A DNA stretch of 64,000 nucleotides from Candidatus Dormiibacterota bacterium (GTDB lineage: Bacteria; Chloroflexota; Dormibacteria; Aeolococcales; Aeolococcaceae), in the NCBI GenBank assembly GCA_003153505.1, contig PLZA01000065.1, positions 29,031 through 93,030 on the forward strand. Direction: 5' to 3'. Both the position numbers and the translations under genes were made by a program. Numbering within the stretch: the first letter of the stretch is position 1; each line of letters begins with the position of its first letter. Shown here piece by piece: positions 1 to 10,251 of this stretch. Below the pieces are notes generated by a model that was given only the letters and a program-made list of their open reading frames with translations, searched no databases and had not been told where the DNA came from.

Positions 1-929
1 CCCACGCTCCGGCGCTCATCGGCGTGAACCACGGCTACTTCCAGAGTGCGATGCCCAAGGGCACCACCGTGAAGACGACCACCTTCAGTGCGGGCCCGGC
101 CGAAAGCGAAGCGCTACTCGGCGGGTCGCTCGACGCTGCGTTCGTCGGCCCAGGGCCGGCAATCAACGCGTTCATCAAGACCAAGGGCAAGGTGCTCATC
201 ATCGCCGGCACCGCGTCGGGTGGTGCGGGCCTCGTGGTCAGCAAGTCCGTGGCCGACGGGAACTTCCCGGCGGACCTCGCCGGCAAGACCCTGTCGTCGC
301 CGCAGCTCGGCAACACCCAGGACATCGCGCTGCGCAGCTGGCTGGCAACCAAGGGGCTCGCCACCAGCATCAACGGCGGCGGCCAGGTGACCGTCGACAC
401 GAGCTCGGGCAACTCGGTGAGCCTGCAGAACTTCGAAGCCGGCAAGATCGCCGGCGGATGGGTTCCGGAGCCCTATGAGTCCGAGTTCATCCTGCAGGGC
501 AAGGGCACGCTCGCCGTCGACGAGGCGTCGATCTGGCCGAACGGCCAGTTCCCCACGACCGTGCTCGTGGTCACGCAGAACCTGCTCAAGAACCACCCTG
601 ACATCGTCAACGACCTCCTCAAGGGGCTGGTGAAGTCAGTGGACTGGATCAACGCCAACGAGTCGGCGGCACCTGCGGCGGTCAACGCCGCCCTCGCTGC
701 GAGCACCGGCGGCAAGCCGCTGAAGTCCAATGTCCTCGCGCTCGCATGGACGCATCTCAGCTTCGTGCTCGACCCCCTTGCCGCCGATCTCCAGACGGAT
801 GCCAACAACGCGCAGCAGCTGGGTTTCAACAAGACGGCCGGCATCAAGGGCATCCTCGACCTCGGGCCGCTCAACGCGATGCTCGCGGCCGCCGGTGACC
901 CGACGGTCAGCGCTGGAGCTCTCGGCTGA
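1..929 (+). CDS. ABC transporter substrate-binding protein, NitT/TauT (sulfonate/nitrate/taurine) family; 5' end lies outside the window
   Basis: Frame stays open back to nt 3 (..HAPALIGVNHGYFQ..). Sequence resembles SsuA/TauA-type periplasmic binding proteins. An ATPase and a permease follow directly. Confidence 0.8.
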   Translation, partial: HAPALIGVNHGYFQSAMPKGTTVKTTTFSAGPAESEALLGGSLDAAFVGPGPAINAFIKTKGKVLIIAGTASGGAGLVVSKSVADGNFPADLAGKTLSSPQLGNTQDIALRSWLATKGLATSINGGGQVTVDTSSGNSVSLQNFEAGKIAGGWVPEPYESEFILQGKGTLAVDEASIWPNGQFPTTVLVVTQNLLKNHPDIVNDLLKGLVKSVDWINANESAAPAAVNAALAASTGGKPLKSNVLALAWTHLSFVLDPLAADLQTDANNAQQLGFNKTAGIKGILDLGPLNAMLAAAGDPTVSAGALG

Positions 930-1723
930 TGAACGTGGCGCTGGCGCCGCGCCCTTCGATCGTCACTCGCGAGGCAGAACCCTTCGTGACCCTGGATGGG
1001 GTCACGAAGGTGTTCGACCATGGCAAGCGGGCGATGACCGCGCTCGAGAACGTGTCGCTGGAGATGACCAAAGGGGAATTCGTGTGCATCCTCGGCGCTT
1101 CCGGATGCGGGAAATCGACGCTGCTCTCGTTGATCGCCGGCCTGGACAAGGTGACGTCGGGAAGCATCGAGATCGCCGACGGGCGTCCCGCCGTGATGTT
1201 CCAGGAGCCCGCGTTGCTGCCGTGGCTCACGGTCCGCCGCAACGTCGAGCTCCCCCTGCGGCTGCACAACGTGGACACCGACCAACGCAATCAGACGGTC
1301 AACCGGCTCCTTGCCATGGTGGGGCTGATCGACTTTGCGGATCACCGGCCCCACCAGCTCTCCGGGGGCATGCGCCAGCGCTGCGCGCTCGCCCGAGCGC
1401 TCGCCCAGGAGTCGGAGCTGCTGCTCATGGACGAGCCGTTCGCGGCGCTCGATGCGCTGACCCGTGATTCGTTGCACGACGACCTGAACCGCATCTGGCA
1501 GGAAACCGGCAAGACGATCATCTTCGTGACTCACAACGTTCGCGAGGCGGTACGCCTTGGGGATCGCGTCGTCCTGATGACCCCCCGGCCCGGCCGGGTG
1601 GCGCAGATCTGGGACGTCGACATCACCAGGCCCCGCGAGCTCGACTCCTTCGAGGTGTCCGGACTGGCGCACGAGATCACTGCGCGTCTGCGTGCCGGGG
1701 CGGCGACCGATGGAGCGGAATAG
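929..1723 (+). CDS. ABC transporter ATP-binding protein (NitT/TauT family)
   Basis: Walker A GASGCGKSTLL, ABC signature LSGGMRQRCALARAL and a Walker B LLLMDEPF motif are present. Its ATG overlaps the upstream stop (ATGA). Confidence 0.9.
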   Translation: MNVALAPRPSIVTREAEPFVTLDGVTKVFDHGKRAMTALENVSLEMTKGEFVCILGASGCGKSTLLSLIAGLDKVTSGSIEIADGRPAVMFQEPALLPWLTVRRNVELPLRLHNVDTDQRNQTVNRLLAMVGLIDFADHRPHQLSGGMRQRCALARALAQESELLLMDEPFAALDALTRDSLHDDLNRIWQETGKTIIFVTHNVREAVRLGDRVVLMTPRPGRVAQIWDVDITRPRELDSFEVSGLAHEITARLRAGAATDGAE

Positions 1724-2519
1724 GTTCCAGCGCATCCTGCGCGCCGCTTGGCCACGGGTCGTTGCCATCGGGATGCTGCTCGGCATCTGGCAGCTCCTCG
1801 TCGTCGTCGGGGTCCAGTCCCCCGGAGGTGAGCCCCTCCCGGGTCCGGGCGACGCCATCAATGAGATCGGATTTCTCGCACATACGAACGTGCTCGTGCC
1901 GGCGCTTTTGCAGACCCTCGAGCGGGCGGCGGTCGGTTATGTGCTCGCCCTGGTGCTGGGCACCCTCGTCGGGCTCGCGGTCGTCCGGGTCCCCGTGCTC
2001 CGGGCCGGCGTCGGGTCCCTGCTGGCCGGGCTCCAGAGCCTGCCGTCGGTTGTCTGGGTCCCCATCGCGACCCTGTTCCTCGCCATCGGCGGGCAGGTCG
2101 AGAACGCCGTGTACTTCGTGGTGATCATGGGTGCGTTCCCGTCGATCGCGATGGGTCTCATGTCGTCGTACGACAACATCCCGCCGCTCACCTTCAGTCT
2201 GGCGCGCTCAATGGGAGCGCGCGGTCCGCGGTACTACCGGCACTTCATCTTCTCGGCAACGCTGCCGGGGTACGTGGCGGGAATGAAGCAGGCCTGGGCA
2301 TTCTCGTGGCGCTCACTCATGGCCGCGGAACTGATCATCGGGTCCACCGCGAGCAGCGGTCTCGGCCAGATCCTGGACAACGGGCGCAGCCTTGACGATC
2401 TCCCCGAGATGTTCGCCGCGGTGCTCACCATCCTCGTCGTCGGCATCGCGGTCAACGACCTGGTGTTTGCTCCCATGGAACGAGGACTCCTGCGGCGCCG
2501 CGGGCTGCTGCCTGCCTAG
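1692..2519 (+). CDS. ABC transporter permease (NitT/TauT family)
   Basis: Multi-pass hydrophobic protein with the conserved EAA-like loop typical of SsuC/TauC. Exact start is uncertain (an alternative ATG lies at 1710). Confidence 0.85.
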   Translation: MPGRRPMERNRFQRILRAAWPRVVAIGMLLGIWQLLVVVGVQSPGGEPLPGPGDAINEIGFLAHTNVLVPALLQTLERAAVGYVLALVLGTLVGLAVVRVPVLRAGVGSLLAGLQSLPSVVWVPIATLFLAIGGQVENAVYFVVIMGAFPSIAMGLMSSYDNIPPLTFSLARSMGARGPRYYRHFIFSATLPGYVAGMKQAWAFSWRSLMAAELIIGSTASSGLGQILDNGRSLDDLPEMFAAVLTILVVGIAVNDLVFAPMERGLLRRRGLLPA

Positions 2520-3106
2520 CCGTCCGTCCTGGTTGCATTGCCGTCAGCCTCGCGGCGACGCTGGCCGCCCGAGGCGACGGTGGCACCCTGCTCAGCTTCT
2601 CGGGCGAGCATGAAGAGCAGGTCTGAGCAGCGATTGAGGTAGCGCAGCACCTCGGGATTTTCGACGCCCCCCTCGCGTTGCAACGAGACGGTGCGGCGCT
2701 CCGCGCGCCGGACAAGGGTCCGGGCGAGGTCGATCGCCGCGCCCACCGGTGTCCCGCCCGGGATGACGAACCCGCCGGGCAGCGGCACTCGGGCTTCCAG
2801 GTCGTGGATCTCGCGCTCGAGGGCGTCGGACATCGCCGGCGTCACGACATTGAAATGACGCTCGAGGTCGGCCCGATGGCCCGGCCCGGTGGCCAGTTCG
2901 GCGCCCACAACGAACAGCTCGCGCTGCAGGGCGAGGATGCGCTCCGCAATAGGGGCGGAGTCGGTCAGCGAACGCGCCAGCCCGAGGGCAGAGATGGCCT
3001 CGTCGAGTGAGCCGTATGCCTCGGTGTGATGATCATCCTTGGGCACGCGGCCGCCGTAGAGCAGTCCCGTCTCTCCCCCGTCGCCGTGCCCGGTGGTGAT
3101 ACTCAC
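2516..3106 (-). CDS. PduO-type ATP:cob(I)alamin adenosyltransferase
   Basis: N-terminus TGHGDGGETGLLYGGRVPKDDHHTEAYGSLDEAISALG matches the PduO/MMAB family signature. Confidence 0.85.
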   Translation of the reverse strand: MSITTGHGDGGETGLLYGGRVPKDDHHTEAYGSLDEAISALGLARSLTDSAPIAERILALQRELFVVGAELATGPGHRADLERHFNVVTPAMSDALEREIHDLEARVPLPGGFVIPGGTPVGAAIDLARTLVRRAERRTVSLQREGGVENPEVLRYLNRCSDLLFMLAREAEQGATVASGGQRRREADGNATRTDG

Positions 3107-3116
3107 GCGGGCGCGA

Positions 3117-4103
3117 TCAGACGGCGCCGTGCAGGGTTGCTTCGACGAGCTCCGGAGGGGTGTCGTCGCGGCCCCGCTTCCAGTCCTCGATCCACTTGCT
3201 CGCCGCGATGGTCGCCGTGGTGGCGTCTCCCACGGCGGTCGTGATCTGACGGGTCAGCTGGCTGCGGACGTCGCCCGCTGCGAAGATACCGGGAACGTTG
3301 GTCATCATCGTCATCGGGTCGGTGACGTAATAGCCAGCTTTGTCATGATCGATGTGGACGTCCACCAGCTGGGTGTTGGGGATGAAGCCAATAAAGATGA
3401 AGATGCCCCCGACCTCGAGCTCAGCGCGGCGCTCGGTGTCCAGGTTGCGCAGCGACAGCCGGCGCACCTTCTCATCGCCGTCGATGCTCTCGATGACAGT
3501 GTCCACCAGGAACTCGATCTTGGGATGCTTGCGCGCCTCGTCGAGCAGGATGGGTTGGGCGCGAAATTCCTTGCGCCGGTGGATGATCGTGACCTTGCTC
3601 GCGTAGCGGGTGAGGAACAGCGCCTCCTCGACGGCCGCATCGCCGCCGCCCGCCACGGCCAGGTGCACGTCTTTGAAGAAGGCACCGTCGCACACCGCGC
3701 AGTAGGAGACGCCTCGACCGGCGAACTCCTCCTCCCCCACGACGCCGAGCTTGCGTGGGTTGCCACCCGCGGTGATGATCACCGCCGGTGCGAGGTAGTC
3801 GCCATCGTAGGTCTCGACGAGCTTCATCCCGTCGGGCTGCACCCTGATCGCCTTGACCTCGGTGCGAACCAGTTGGGTGCCGAAGTGCGCCGCCTGCTCC
3901 TCCATGACCGTGGCGAGCTCGCCGCCGAGAATCGAGAGAAAGCCGGGGTAATCCTCGATAAGCTCGGTATTGAGCAGCTGGCCACCCGGGGCCTTGCCCT
4001 CCAGCAGGACCGCACGCTCGCGGTTCCGGCCGGCGTAGAGCGCGGCCGTCAGCCCGGCCGGACCGCCGCCGATGATCGCGATGTCGAAGTCGTGTGTGGC
4101 CAC
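3117..4103 (-). CDS. trxB: thioredoxin reductase
   Basis: FAD-binding motif IIGGGPAGLTAALYAG, redox-active CAVCDG and the NADPH site GGGDAA are present. Length is 328 aa. Confidence 0.9.
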   Translation of the reverse strand: MATHDFDIAIIGGGPAGLTAALYAGRNRERAVLLEGKAPGGQLLNTELIEDYPGFLSILGGELATVMEEQAAHFGTQLVRTEVKAIRVQPDGMKLVETYDGDYLAPAVIITAGGNPRKLGVVGEEEFAGRGVSYCAVCDGAFFKDVHLAVAGGGDAAVEEALFLTRYASKVTIIHRRKEFRAQPILLDEARKHPKIEFLVDTVIESIDGDEKVRRLSLRNLDTERRAELEVGGIFIFIGFIPNTQLVDVHIDHDKAGYYVTDPMTMMTNVPGIFAAGDVRSQLTRQITTAVGDATTATIAASKWIEDWKRGRDDTPPELVEATLHGAV

Positions 4104-4173
4104 GGTGATTGCACTCCTCGGGGCACGTCTGTACGTCCCCGTCTCTGATGACGATACCCAAAGCTGGGCCGAA

Positions 4174-4983
4174 TCATCCCAGTGCGGCCCACTGGCGCAA
4201 ATCGGAGAGCACCCGGCTGATGGGGATCGCGTAGGCCTCGGCGGCGCTCGGGCTCGCCAGAGTGACGATCCCGATCACCTGCCCGGATGCGGCGATCACC
4301 GGGCCGCCGCTGTTGCCCTGATAGATCCTCGCCCCGACCAGGTGCAGCATGTCGTTGTAGACCTGCGGAGCCGACTGTCCGGCGTCGATGCCGCTGCCCG
4401 CGAGCGGCACGCTCGCGTCGAGGCCGATCAGCGTCTCCTCGGTCATGTCGGCGTGCCCGGTGGCTCGGCTCGACGCCAGCGTGATGACCGATGCCGGGAC
4501 GGTGGCGAGCGCTCGGGCGTTGATTGGCAGCGCCGTGCCGGCCATCGTGCCCGTGACTCGGAGCATTGCGAGATCGAGGGACGCGTTGCTCTGCACCAGC
4601 CGGGCGACATGGGTGTGGTCAGAGCGGTCGGTGACCCGCAGCGAGTCGTTGCCGTTGATCACGTGCGCGTTGGTGATCACGTCCCCCGCCCCGTCGAAGA
4701 TCCACCCGGTGCCCAGGGACTCCTCGGCGCCGTTCTCGAGCTCGGCCTCGACGGTGACGACGCTCACGAGATCATCGCGACCCAGGTCGGTGAGGAACGG
4801 TGGTGCCGGGGTTGGCGTGGTTGCGGTCGGAAGGCCCACGGGGGTGACGCTCGCCGGATTGATCTGGGCGAAGTCGTTGGCAACGAGAAAGCCGGCCAGC
4901 CCGACGACCAGGAGAGCGATGATTGCCGCCAGGGCCCGTGCGACGGCGCCCGGTCGGAACGTCGGCTCGGTCCCTCGATCCAC
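4174..4983 (-). CDS. membrane-anchored trypsin-like (S1) serine protease
   Basis: N-terminal transmembrane helix followed by a Pro/Thr linker. Catalytic His (ITNAHVI) and Ser (GNSGGPVI) motifs are present. Confidence 0.8.
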   Translation of the reverse strand: MDRGTEPTFRPGAVARALAAIIALLVVGLAGFLVANDFAQINPASVTPVGLPTATTPTPAPPFLTDLGRDDLVSVVTVEAELENGAEESLGTGWIFDGAGDVITNAHVINGNDSLRVTDRSDHTHVARLVQSNASLDLAMLRVTGTMAGTALPINARALATVPASVITLASSRATGHADMTEETLIGLDASVPLAGSGIDAGQSAPQVYNDMLHLVGARIYQGNSGGPVIAASGQVIGIVTLASPSAAEAYAIPISRVLSDLRQWAALG

Positions 4984-4994
4984 GAGGAAGCATT

Positions 4995-5675
4995 GTGGTT
5001 GTTCAGCGACGCGGGATCACGGTGGTCGGTGGCGGTGGCGGAGCGCTGGGCGCGGCGGTCGTGACCCGGCTGCTTGCCGCGGGGCGCCAGGTGGTCATCC
5101 CCACACGCCACCCGGGCCGGCTGGCCACGCCGGGGGGCGTGACCGAGCTCGAGTGCGACCTCGACGATGCTGCCGCGGTCGTGCGGCTGCGCGCAGCGGT
5201 CGAAGCGATGGGAGCCTGGGAAGGCGTGGTGAGTGCGTCGGGCGGGTTCGCCGGCGGCCGCGCTCACGAGGTCGACGACGCCGCCATCCAGGAGCAGATC
5301 GCGGCAAATCTCCTTGGCCCCTGGCGTCTCGCTCGAGCTGCGGCGGCCTCGATGGTTTCGAGCGGGGCGGGCGGACGCATCGTGATTGTCGCATCGCGTG
5401 CCGCCGTCGACGTCGCCCGCGGCCAGGCGGCATATCAGGTGACCAAGGCGGCCGTGCTCCGGCTCGCCGAGGTCATGGCGGCAGAGTTGAAGGGGCACGG
5501 GATCACGGTGAACGCCGTCCTTCCCGGGACCATGGATACGCCGGCCAACCGTGAGTCGATGCCCAAGGCAAACCGCTCGTCGTGGGTGAGCACCGACGCG
5601 GTCGCCGCGATCATCGAGTGGCTGCTTTCGGAAGCCGCCGGCGCGGTGACCGGGGCAGCGATCCCCGCCGGGTGA
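4995..5675 (+). CDS. short-chain dehydrogenase/reductase (SDR) family oxidoreductase
   Basis: Rossmann motif VVGGGGGALG, catalytic YxxxK (YQVTKAA) and the NAVLPG motif are present. A GTG at 4995 is chosen so the gene does not overlap the protease stop; the open frame extends back to 4923. Confidence 0.75.
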   Translation: MVVQRRGITVVGGGGGALGAAVVTRLLAAGRQVVIPTRHPGRLATPGGVTELECDLDDAAAVVRLRAAVEAMGAWEGVVSASGGFAGGRAHEVDDAAIQEQIAANLLGPWRLARAAAASMVSSGAGGRIVIVASRAAVDVARGQAAYQVTKAAVLRLAEVMAAELKGHGITVNAVLPGTMDTPANRESMPKANRSSWVSTDAVAAIIEWLLSEAAGAVTGAAIPAG

Positions 5676-5678
5676 CCG

Positions 5679-6287
5679 TCAGCCCATCAACAGCGGCTCG
5701 AATGCTCCCGACTCGCCCAGGCGCGCGATCGCCCGTGCGCGATGGGAGACCCGCTCTTTGGCATCGTCGCTCGCGTTGCCGAAGGTGATCCCGAGATCCA
5801 TCGAGAGGAAGGCGGGGTCGTACCCGAAGCCATTGGTACCGCTCGGCTCGACGAGCGTTCCCAGGCACTCGCCATGGGCGGTCACCGGGTTGGCGCCCGG
5901 CTTGGCCAGCGCGGCGACACAGACGTAGCGCACCCGTCTGTCGTCCGGACTCCGCCGGGCCACCTCGGCGAGCAATCCATGCAGCCGGTCCTGGTCGGTT
6001 GCCGCCTCACCCATCCAGCGCGCCGACATCGGACCCGGCCACCCGTGGAGGGCGTCGACCTCGATCCCGCTGTCGTCGGCGAGCGCGGGCAGACCGGTCG
6101 CCTGGCACACGGCGAGCGCCTTGGCGAGCGCGGATTCCACGTACCCGGGCCCGGGTTCTTCGAGCGGAGCGTCAAAGCCGGCCTCATCCATCGACTTGAG
6201 GTCGAGGGTCCATGGGCTGAGGAGCACACGCAACTCGCGGATCTTTCCCGGGTTGCGTGTGGCCAGGACCAGGACCGAGCGGCTCAC
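5679..6287 (-). CDS. rdgB: non-canonical purine NTP pyrophosphatase (RdgB/HAM1 family)
   Basis: [14 protein letters not shown] and FGYDPAF motifs are present. The GTG start overlaps the rph stop (GTGA). The longer ORF upstream of this start is Arg-rich filler. Confidence 0.85.
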   Translation of the reverse strand: MSRSVLVLATRNPGKIRELRVLLSPWTLDLKSMDEAGFDAPLEEPGPGYVESALAKALAVCQATGLPALADDSGIEVDALHGWPGPMSARWMGEAATDQDRLHGLLAEVARRSPDDRRVRYVCVAALAKPGANPVTAHGECLGTLVEPSGTNGFGYDPAFLSMDLGITFGNASDDAKERVSHRARAIARLGESGAFEPLLMG

Positions 6288-7006
6288 CCGGCCGCGCTCA
6301 GCACCTCGGCCTGCAGTGCGAAGAGCTGCTTGAGGCCGGCGTCGGCAAGGCCGAGGAGGGCACCGAGCTCCTCGCGAGAGAACGGCTCCTGCTCGGCGGA
6401 TCCCTGCAGCTCGATGAACCTGCCGTCGAGCGATCCGACACAGTTCATGTCCGTCTCCGCCGCCGAGTCCTCCAGGTAGCACAGGTCGAGACGCGCCTCG
6501 CCCGCCACGATGCCCGCGCTGACTGCGGCAACCGGCCACCGCAGGGGGTCTGAGCGCACGACGCGGGCCTCACGAAGCCGTGCGACCGCGAGCGCGAGCG
6601 CCACGTAGCCGCCGGTGATCGACGCCGTACGGGTCCCACCGTCGGCAACCAGGACGTCGCAGTCGATGAGGATGCTGCGCTCACCGAGCGCCTCGAAGTC
6701 GACAGCGGCACGGAGGCTGCGCCCGATCAGGCGCTGGATCTCCTGAACCCGGCCATCCACGCGGCCCTTGCGGCCGTCGCGCTCGGAGCGCGTCTGGGTG
6801 CTCCTCGGCAGCATCGCGTACTCGGCGGTCACCCAGCCGCGGCCGCTGCCCTTGCGGAACGGCGGCACGCGCTCCTCAACGGACGCGGCACACAGAACCC
6901 TCGTGTCCCCCATGGTGATCAGCGCGCTGCCCTCGGCGTAGGGAAGCGCGTGCAGTTCGATCGAAGTCGGACGGAGTTCATCGGCGGCACGTTGATCTGG
7001 GCGCAT
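6284..7006 (-). CDS. rph: ribonuclease PH
   Basis: [32 protein letters not shown] is a typical RNase PH N-terminus. Length is 240 aa, and rph-rdgB is the conserved gene order. Confidence 0.9.
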   Translation of the reverse strand: MRPDQRAADELRPTSIELHALPYAEGSALITMGDTRVLCAASVEERVPPFRKGSGRGWVTAEYAMLPRSTQTRSERDGRKGRVDGRVQEIQRLIGRSLRAAVDFEALGERSILIDCDVLVADGGTRTASITGGYVALALAVARLREARVVRSDPLRWPVAAVSAGIVAGEARLDLCYLEDSAAETDMNCVGSLDGRFIELQGSAEQEPFSREELGALLGLADAGLKQLFALQAEVLSAAG

Positions 7007-7035
7007 TGCGCCGAGTGTATCCGCCGGCCCGAAGG

Positions 7036-7755
7036 TCAGCGCCGGAAGACTCGCTGGAGCACGATGATCGACAGCTCATAGAGCAGCAGCAGCGGAATCG
7101 CCAGCAGCGTCGGTGTGAACGGATCCGCTCCTGGCGTGATGACCAGCGCCGCGATGATGATGCCGACGTATGAAATCTTGCGCCAGCCCTTGAGTTTCTT
7201 CGACGAGACGAAGCCGAGCAGTCCGAGCAGCACGATCACGACCGGCATCTCGAAGGTGATCCCGAAGATAAAGATGATGATCAGAAAGAAGCCGATGTAG
7301 TTGTTGAGATCGGGGAAGTAGACGGCGTTGCCGCTGAGGAAGTTGGTAAGGAAGTTGAGGCCGATCGGCATCACGAAGTAGGCGAATACCGCCCCTCCTG
7401 CGAACAGCAGCAGCGCGCTCGCGATGAAGGGCCCGACGAATTTCCGTTCCTTGGGGCGCAGCCCCGGCGAGACGAAGCTCCACGTCTGCCAGAGAATGAC
7501 CGGCAGGGCGAGTATCAGACCGACGACTGCGGAGACCTTCAACGGGACCGTGAGCCCCTCAGTGGGGTTCAGGATGATGGCCTGATCGTGAGGGATGATG
7601 CTGTGCGTGTTGTGGAGGACGGTGTGCAGTGGGTTGAGCAGCAGCCCGATGAAGAACCCGTTGAAGATGAACGCGACGGCCGTTCCAACGATCCACGCGG
7701 CCATCACCCAGATGAGGACGCGTCGCAACTCCTCCAGGTGCTGGACGATCGTCAT
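7036..7755 (-). CDS. tatC: twin-arginine translocase subunit TatC
   Basis: Six-TM protein whose start [14 protein letters not shown] matches the TatC consensus. The ORF could extend to 7788. Confidence 0.85.
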   Translation of the reverse strand: MTIVQHLEELRRVLIWVMAAWIVGTAVAFIFNGFFIGLLLNPLHTVLHNTHSIIPHDQAIILNPTEGLTVPLKVSAVVGLILALPVILWQTWSFVSPGLRPKERKFVGPFIASALLLFAGGAVFAYFVMPIGLNFLTNFLSGNAVYFPDLNNYIGFFLIIIFIFGITFEMPVVIVLLGLLGFVSSKKLKGWRKISYVGIIIAALVITPGADPFTPTLLAIPLLLLYELSIIVLQRVFRR

Positions 7756-7826
7756 CCGCCGTTCGTCGTCGCCAGCCACTCCCTGCACCTTACGTGCCTC
7801 CGGTCAGTGCGCGCCTGTGCGGCGCG

Positions 7827-8123
7827 TCAGCCAGAAACTGACGGCTGGTGTGTCGTCGCGTCGGCCGGGACGGCCACAGGCTCGGCAGGCTGCACGGGCG
7901 CCGGAGCAGGTGCCGCGACGGCCTGAACCACGGGCGCAGGCTGCGCTGGCGTCGTGGTCGTGCCCATCACCGCATCGTGAGTCTCTGACGAAGCCTTCCG
8001 AAACTCGCGAATGCCCTTGCCGATACCAGCGCCCACATCGGGCAGCTTCCCCGGCCCCCAGATGATCAGGATCACCACCAGCACGATGATGATTTCCGGC
8101 AGATGTCCACTTATGAATCCCAT
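7827..8123 (-). CDS. tatA: twin-arginine translocase subunit TatA/E
   Basis: MGFISGHLPEIIIVLVVILIIWGPGKLPDVG is a TatA TM helix plus amphipathic helix. It sits directly upstream of tatC. Confidence 0.85.
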   Translation of the reverse strand: MGFISGHLPEIIIVLVVILIIWGPGKLPDVGAGIGKGIREFRKASSETHDAVMGTTTTPAQPAPVVQAVAAPAPAPVQPAEPVAVPADATTHQPSVSG

Positions 8124-8165
8124 GTCAGCCTCCAGTCTAGCACCATTTTTTTGTTGCCCCTGAGA

Positions 8166-9458
8166 TCAGACTGAGACCGTTGACAGCGTGCGGGCGAACG
8201 ATTCGACCGTCCTGTCCACGTCCTCATCCGAATGCGTCGTCGAGAGAAATGCGGTTTCGAATTGAGACGGCGGCCAGAGCACTCCTGCGTCGAGCCATGC
8301 CTCGTGGAGTCGCCCGAAGCGCTCCCTGTCTGCGAGCTTCACGTCATCGAAGTTGCGCGCCATCTCGATCCCGACGAATGGAGTGACCATGCTGCCGACT
8401 CGGCCCACCGCACATCCGAGCCCCGCAGCCGCAGCAGACTCCTCGAAGCCGGCTTGCAGACGTGCCCCGAGGTCTTCCAGCCGTCGATAGAGCCCGGGAT
8501 CGTGGCGCAGGACGTCCAGCACGGCGATGCCCGCCGCCATCGCCGGAGGGCTGCCCGAGAGCGTCCCCGCCTGGTACACCGGGCCCGACGGCGCGATTCG
8601 CTCCATGAGGTCGCGGCGGCCTCCATAGGCGCCGACGGGAAGCCCGCCGCCGATCACCTTGCCGAACAGGCTCAGATCGGGGCGAATTCCGTAGAGCGCC
8701 TGCGCCCCGCCGTAGGCCACGCGAAATCCAGTCATCACTTCATCGAATACGAGCAAAGCACCCCATTTGGATGTGATGGCGCGAAGTCCGTCCAGAAACC
8801 CGGGCGCGGGGGGAACGCAGCCCATGTTCCCGGCGACCGGTTCGACGATCACCGCGGCGATCTGTTCACCCTTATCTTCGAAGGCCGCGGCCACCGAGTC
8901 GTTATCGTTGTACGGCAGCACGATGGTCCCGGCCACGGCGGCGGACGGGACACCCGGGGACCCGGGGATGCCGAGGGTGGCGACCCCGGAGCCCGCCTCG
9001 GCGAGCAGCGCGTCGGCATGTCCGTGGTAGCCGCCTGCGAACTTGACGATCCGGTCTCTGCCGGTTGCCGCGCGTGCGAGCCGCACCGCGGACATCGCCG
9101 CCTCGGTGCCCGAGGTGACGAAGCGGACCATCTCCACCGATCCCACGGCGTCGACGATCCGCTCCGCGAGCTCGACCTCGAGCTCGACGGTATGACCGTA
9201 GGCGATCCCCCGGTCGAGCTGGGCCCGGATGGCGGTGATCACCTCGGGCGGCTGATGCCCGAGGATGTGGGGGCCGTATGCGAGGACGAAGTCGATGAAC
9301 TCGTTGCCATCGGCGTCAACCACGTGCGCTCCCTCGCCACGAACGATGTGGGGCGGCACTCCTGGCACCGCACGGTAGGCACGCACAGGGCTGTCAACTC
9401 CGCCCGGCAGCACGCGCTCGGCGCGCTCGCGCAGCGCCCGAGCGTTGCTGTCGCGCAT
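8166..9458 (-). CDS. hemL: glutamate-1-semialdehyde 2,1-aminomutase
   Basis: Class-III aminotransferase fold with the GSA-aminomutase N-terminus (RAYRAVPGVPPHIVRGEGAHVVDADGNEFIDF). It lies inside the heme cluster. Confidence 0.9.
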   Translation of the reverse strand: MRDSNARALRERAERVLPGGVDSPVRAYRAVPGVPPHIVRGEGAHVVDADGNEFIDFVLAYGPHILGHQPPEVITAIRAQLDRGIAYGHTVELEVELAERIVDAVGSVEMVRFVTSGTEAAMSAVRLARAATGRDRIVKFAGGYHGHADALLAEAGSGVATLGIPGSPGVPSAAVAGTIVLPYNDNDSVAAAFEDKGEQIAAVIVEPVAGNMGCVPPAPGFLDGLRAITSKWGALLVFDEVMTGFRVAYGGAQALYGIRPDLSLFGKVIGGGLPVGAYGGRRDLMERIAPSGPVYQAGTLSGSPPAMAAGIAVLDVLRHDPGLYRRLEDLGARLQAGFEESAAAAGLGCAVGRVGSMVTPFVGIEMARNFDDVKLADRERFGRLHEAWLDAGVLWPPSQFETAFLSTTHSDEDVDRTVESFARTLSTVSV

Positions 9459-9464
9459 GGCGGC

Positions 9465-10247
9465 TTAGGTCTGCTGCCGAACGGTGATCGACTTCATCAG
9501 ATCGCCTTGTTTGATCACCACGGCGACGGGCAGTCCCGTCTCGACCTTGCCGAAGAGGTTGTACGACGGCGGGAGCTGTGTCGAGTCCTCGGTGCAGATG
9601 AAGAATTGGGAGCCGTTGGTGTTGGCGCCGCTGTTCGCCATCGCAACGGCACCCGCGACGTATTGCTGATGCACGGGCTCGTCGTTGAATTGGAACCCCG
9701 GACCTCCGCCACCGCACGTCCCGGAGGGTGTCGCCGGCGGAGCTGGGACGTTGCCGATGCACTGCGGGTCGCCACCCTGGATGACGAAGATCCCACTGGA
9801 TACGACGCGGTGGAATGGGATGCCGTCGTAGAAGTGATTGCGTGCCAGCGTCACGAACATGTTCACCGTGTTTGGCGCGAGATCCGGCTGCAGGCACATG
9901 ACGATGTTGCCCTTGGCGGTGGCGATCGTCGCCTGGTACAGCTTGGTGGTGTCGATGGTCATGGCCGGTGCGGCGCTGTAGGTGTGCACGCTGGCGGGTG
10001 GGTTGATCGGCGCAAGCACCGGGCCGAACGTGGTCGTCGCACAGTCGGCGAAGGGAATCGTGGCGGCCGCAGTTGGAGAGGGTGTCGGCGTGGGCGTCGG
10101 CGCGACCGCCGTGGGAGTCGTCAGCGCCGGCAGCGGTGCGCTGGCGCTGTTCACGCCGATGGCGATGGCCACGATGGCCACCACCACGACGGCCCCTGAC
10201 CCGAGCACCAGCGGAAGGCGACGCCGGTCGCCGGACGAGTCACTCAT
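9465..10247 (-). CDS. membrane-anchored cyclophilin-type peptidyl-prolyl cis-trans isomerase
   Basis: N-terminal TM, a PT-rich linker and a cyclophilin core (FHRVVSSGIFVIQGGDP, GSQFFICT) are present. Confidence 0.8.
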   Translation of the reverse strand: MSDSSGDRRRLPLVLGSGAVVVVAIVAIAIGVNSASAPLPALTTPTAVAPTPTPTPSPTAAATIPFADCATTTFGPVLAPINPPASVHTYSAAPAMTIDTTKLYQATIATAKGNIVMCLQPDLAPNTVNMFVTLARNHFYDGIPFHRVVSSGIFVIQGGDPQCIGNVPAPPATPSGTCGGGGPGFQFNDEPVHQQYVAGAVAMANSGANTNGSQFFICTEDSTQLPPSYNLFGKVETGLPVAVVIKQGDLMKSITVRQQT

Positions 10248-10251
10248 CGAT

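Noticed and set aside
473-1861. Long minus-strand ORF (462 aa) antisense to the ABC transporter genes. Similar long shadow ORFs occur at 8232-10199 (+), 41556-43502 (+), 25534-26895 (-) and 26916-28376 (-).
   Set aside because: High-GC genomes produce long stop-free antisense frames. These have Arg/Gly/Pro-rich low-complexity translations, poor third-position GC bias, and overlap well-supported genes on the other strand.
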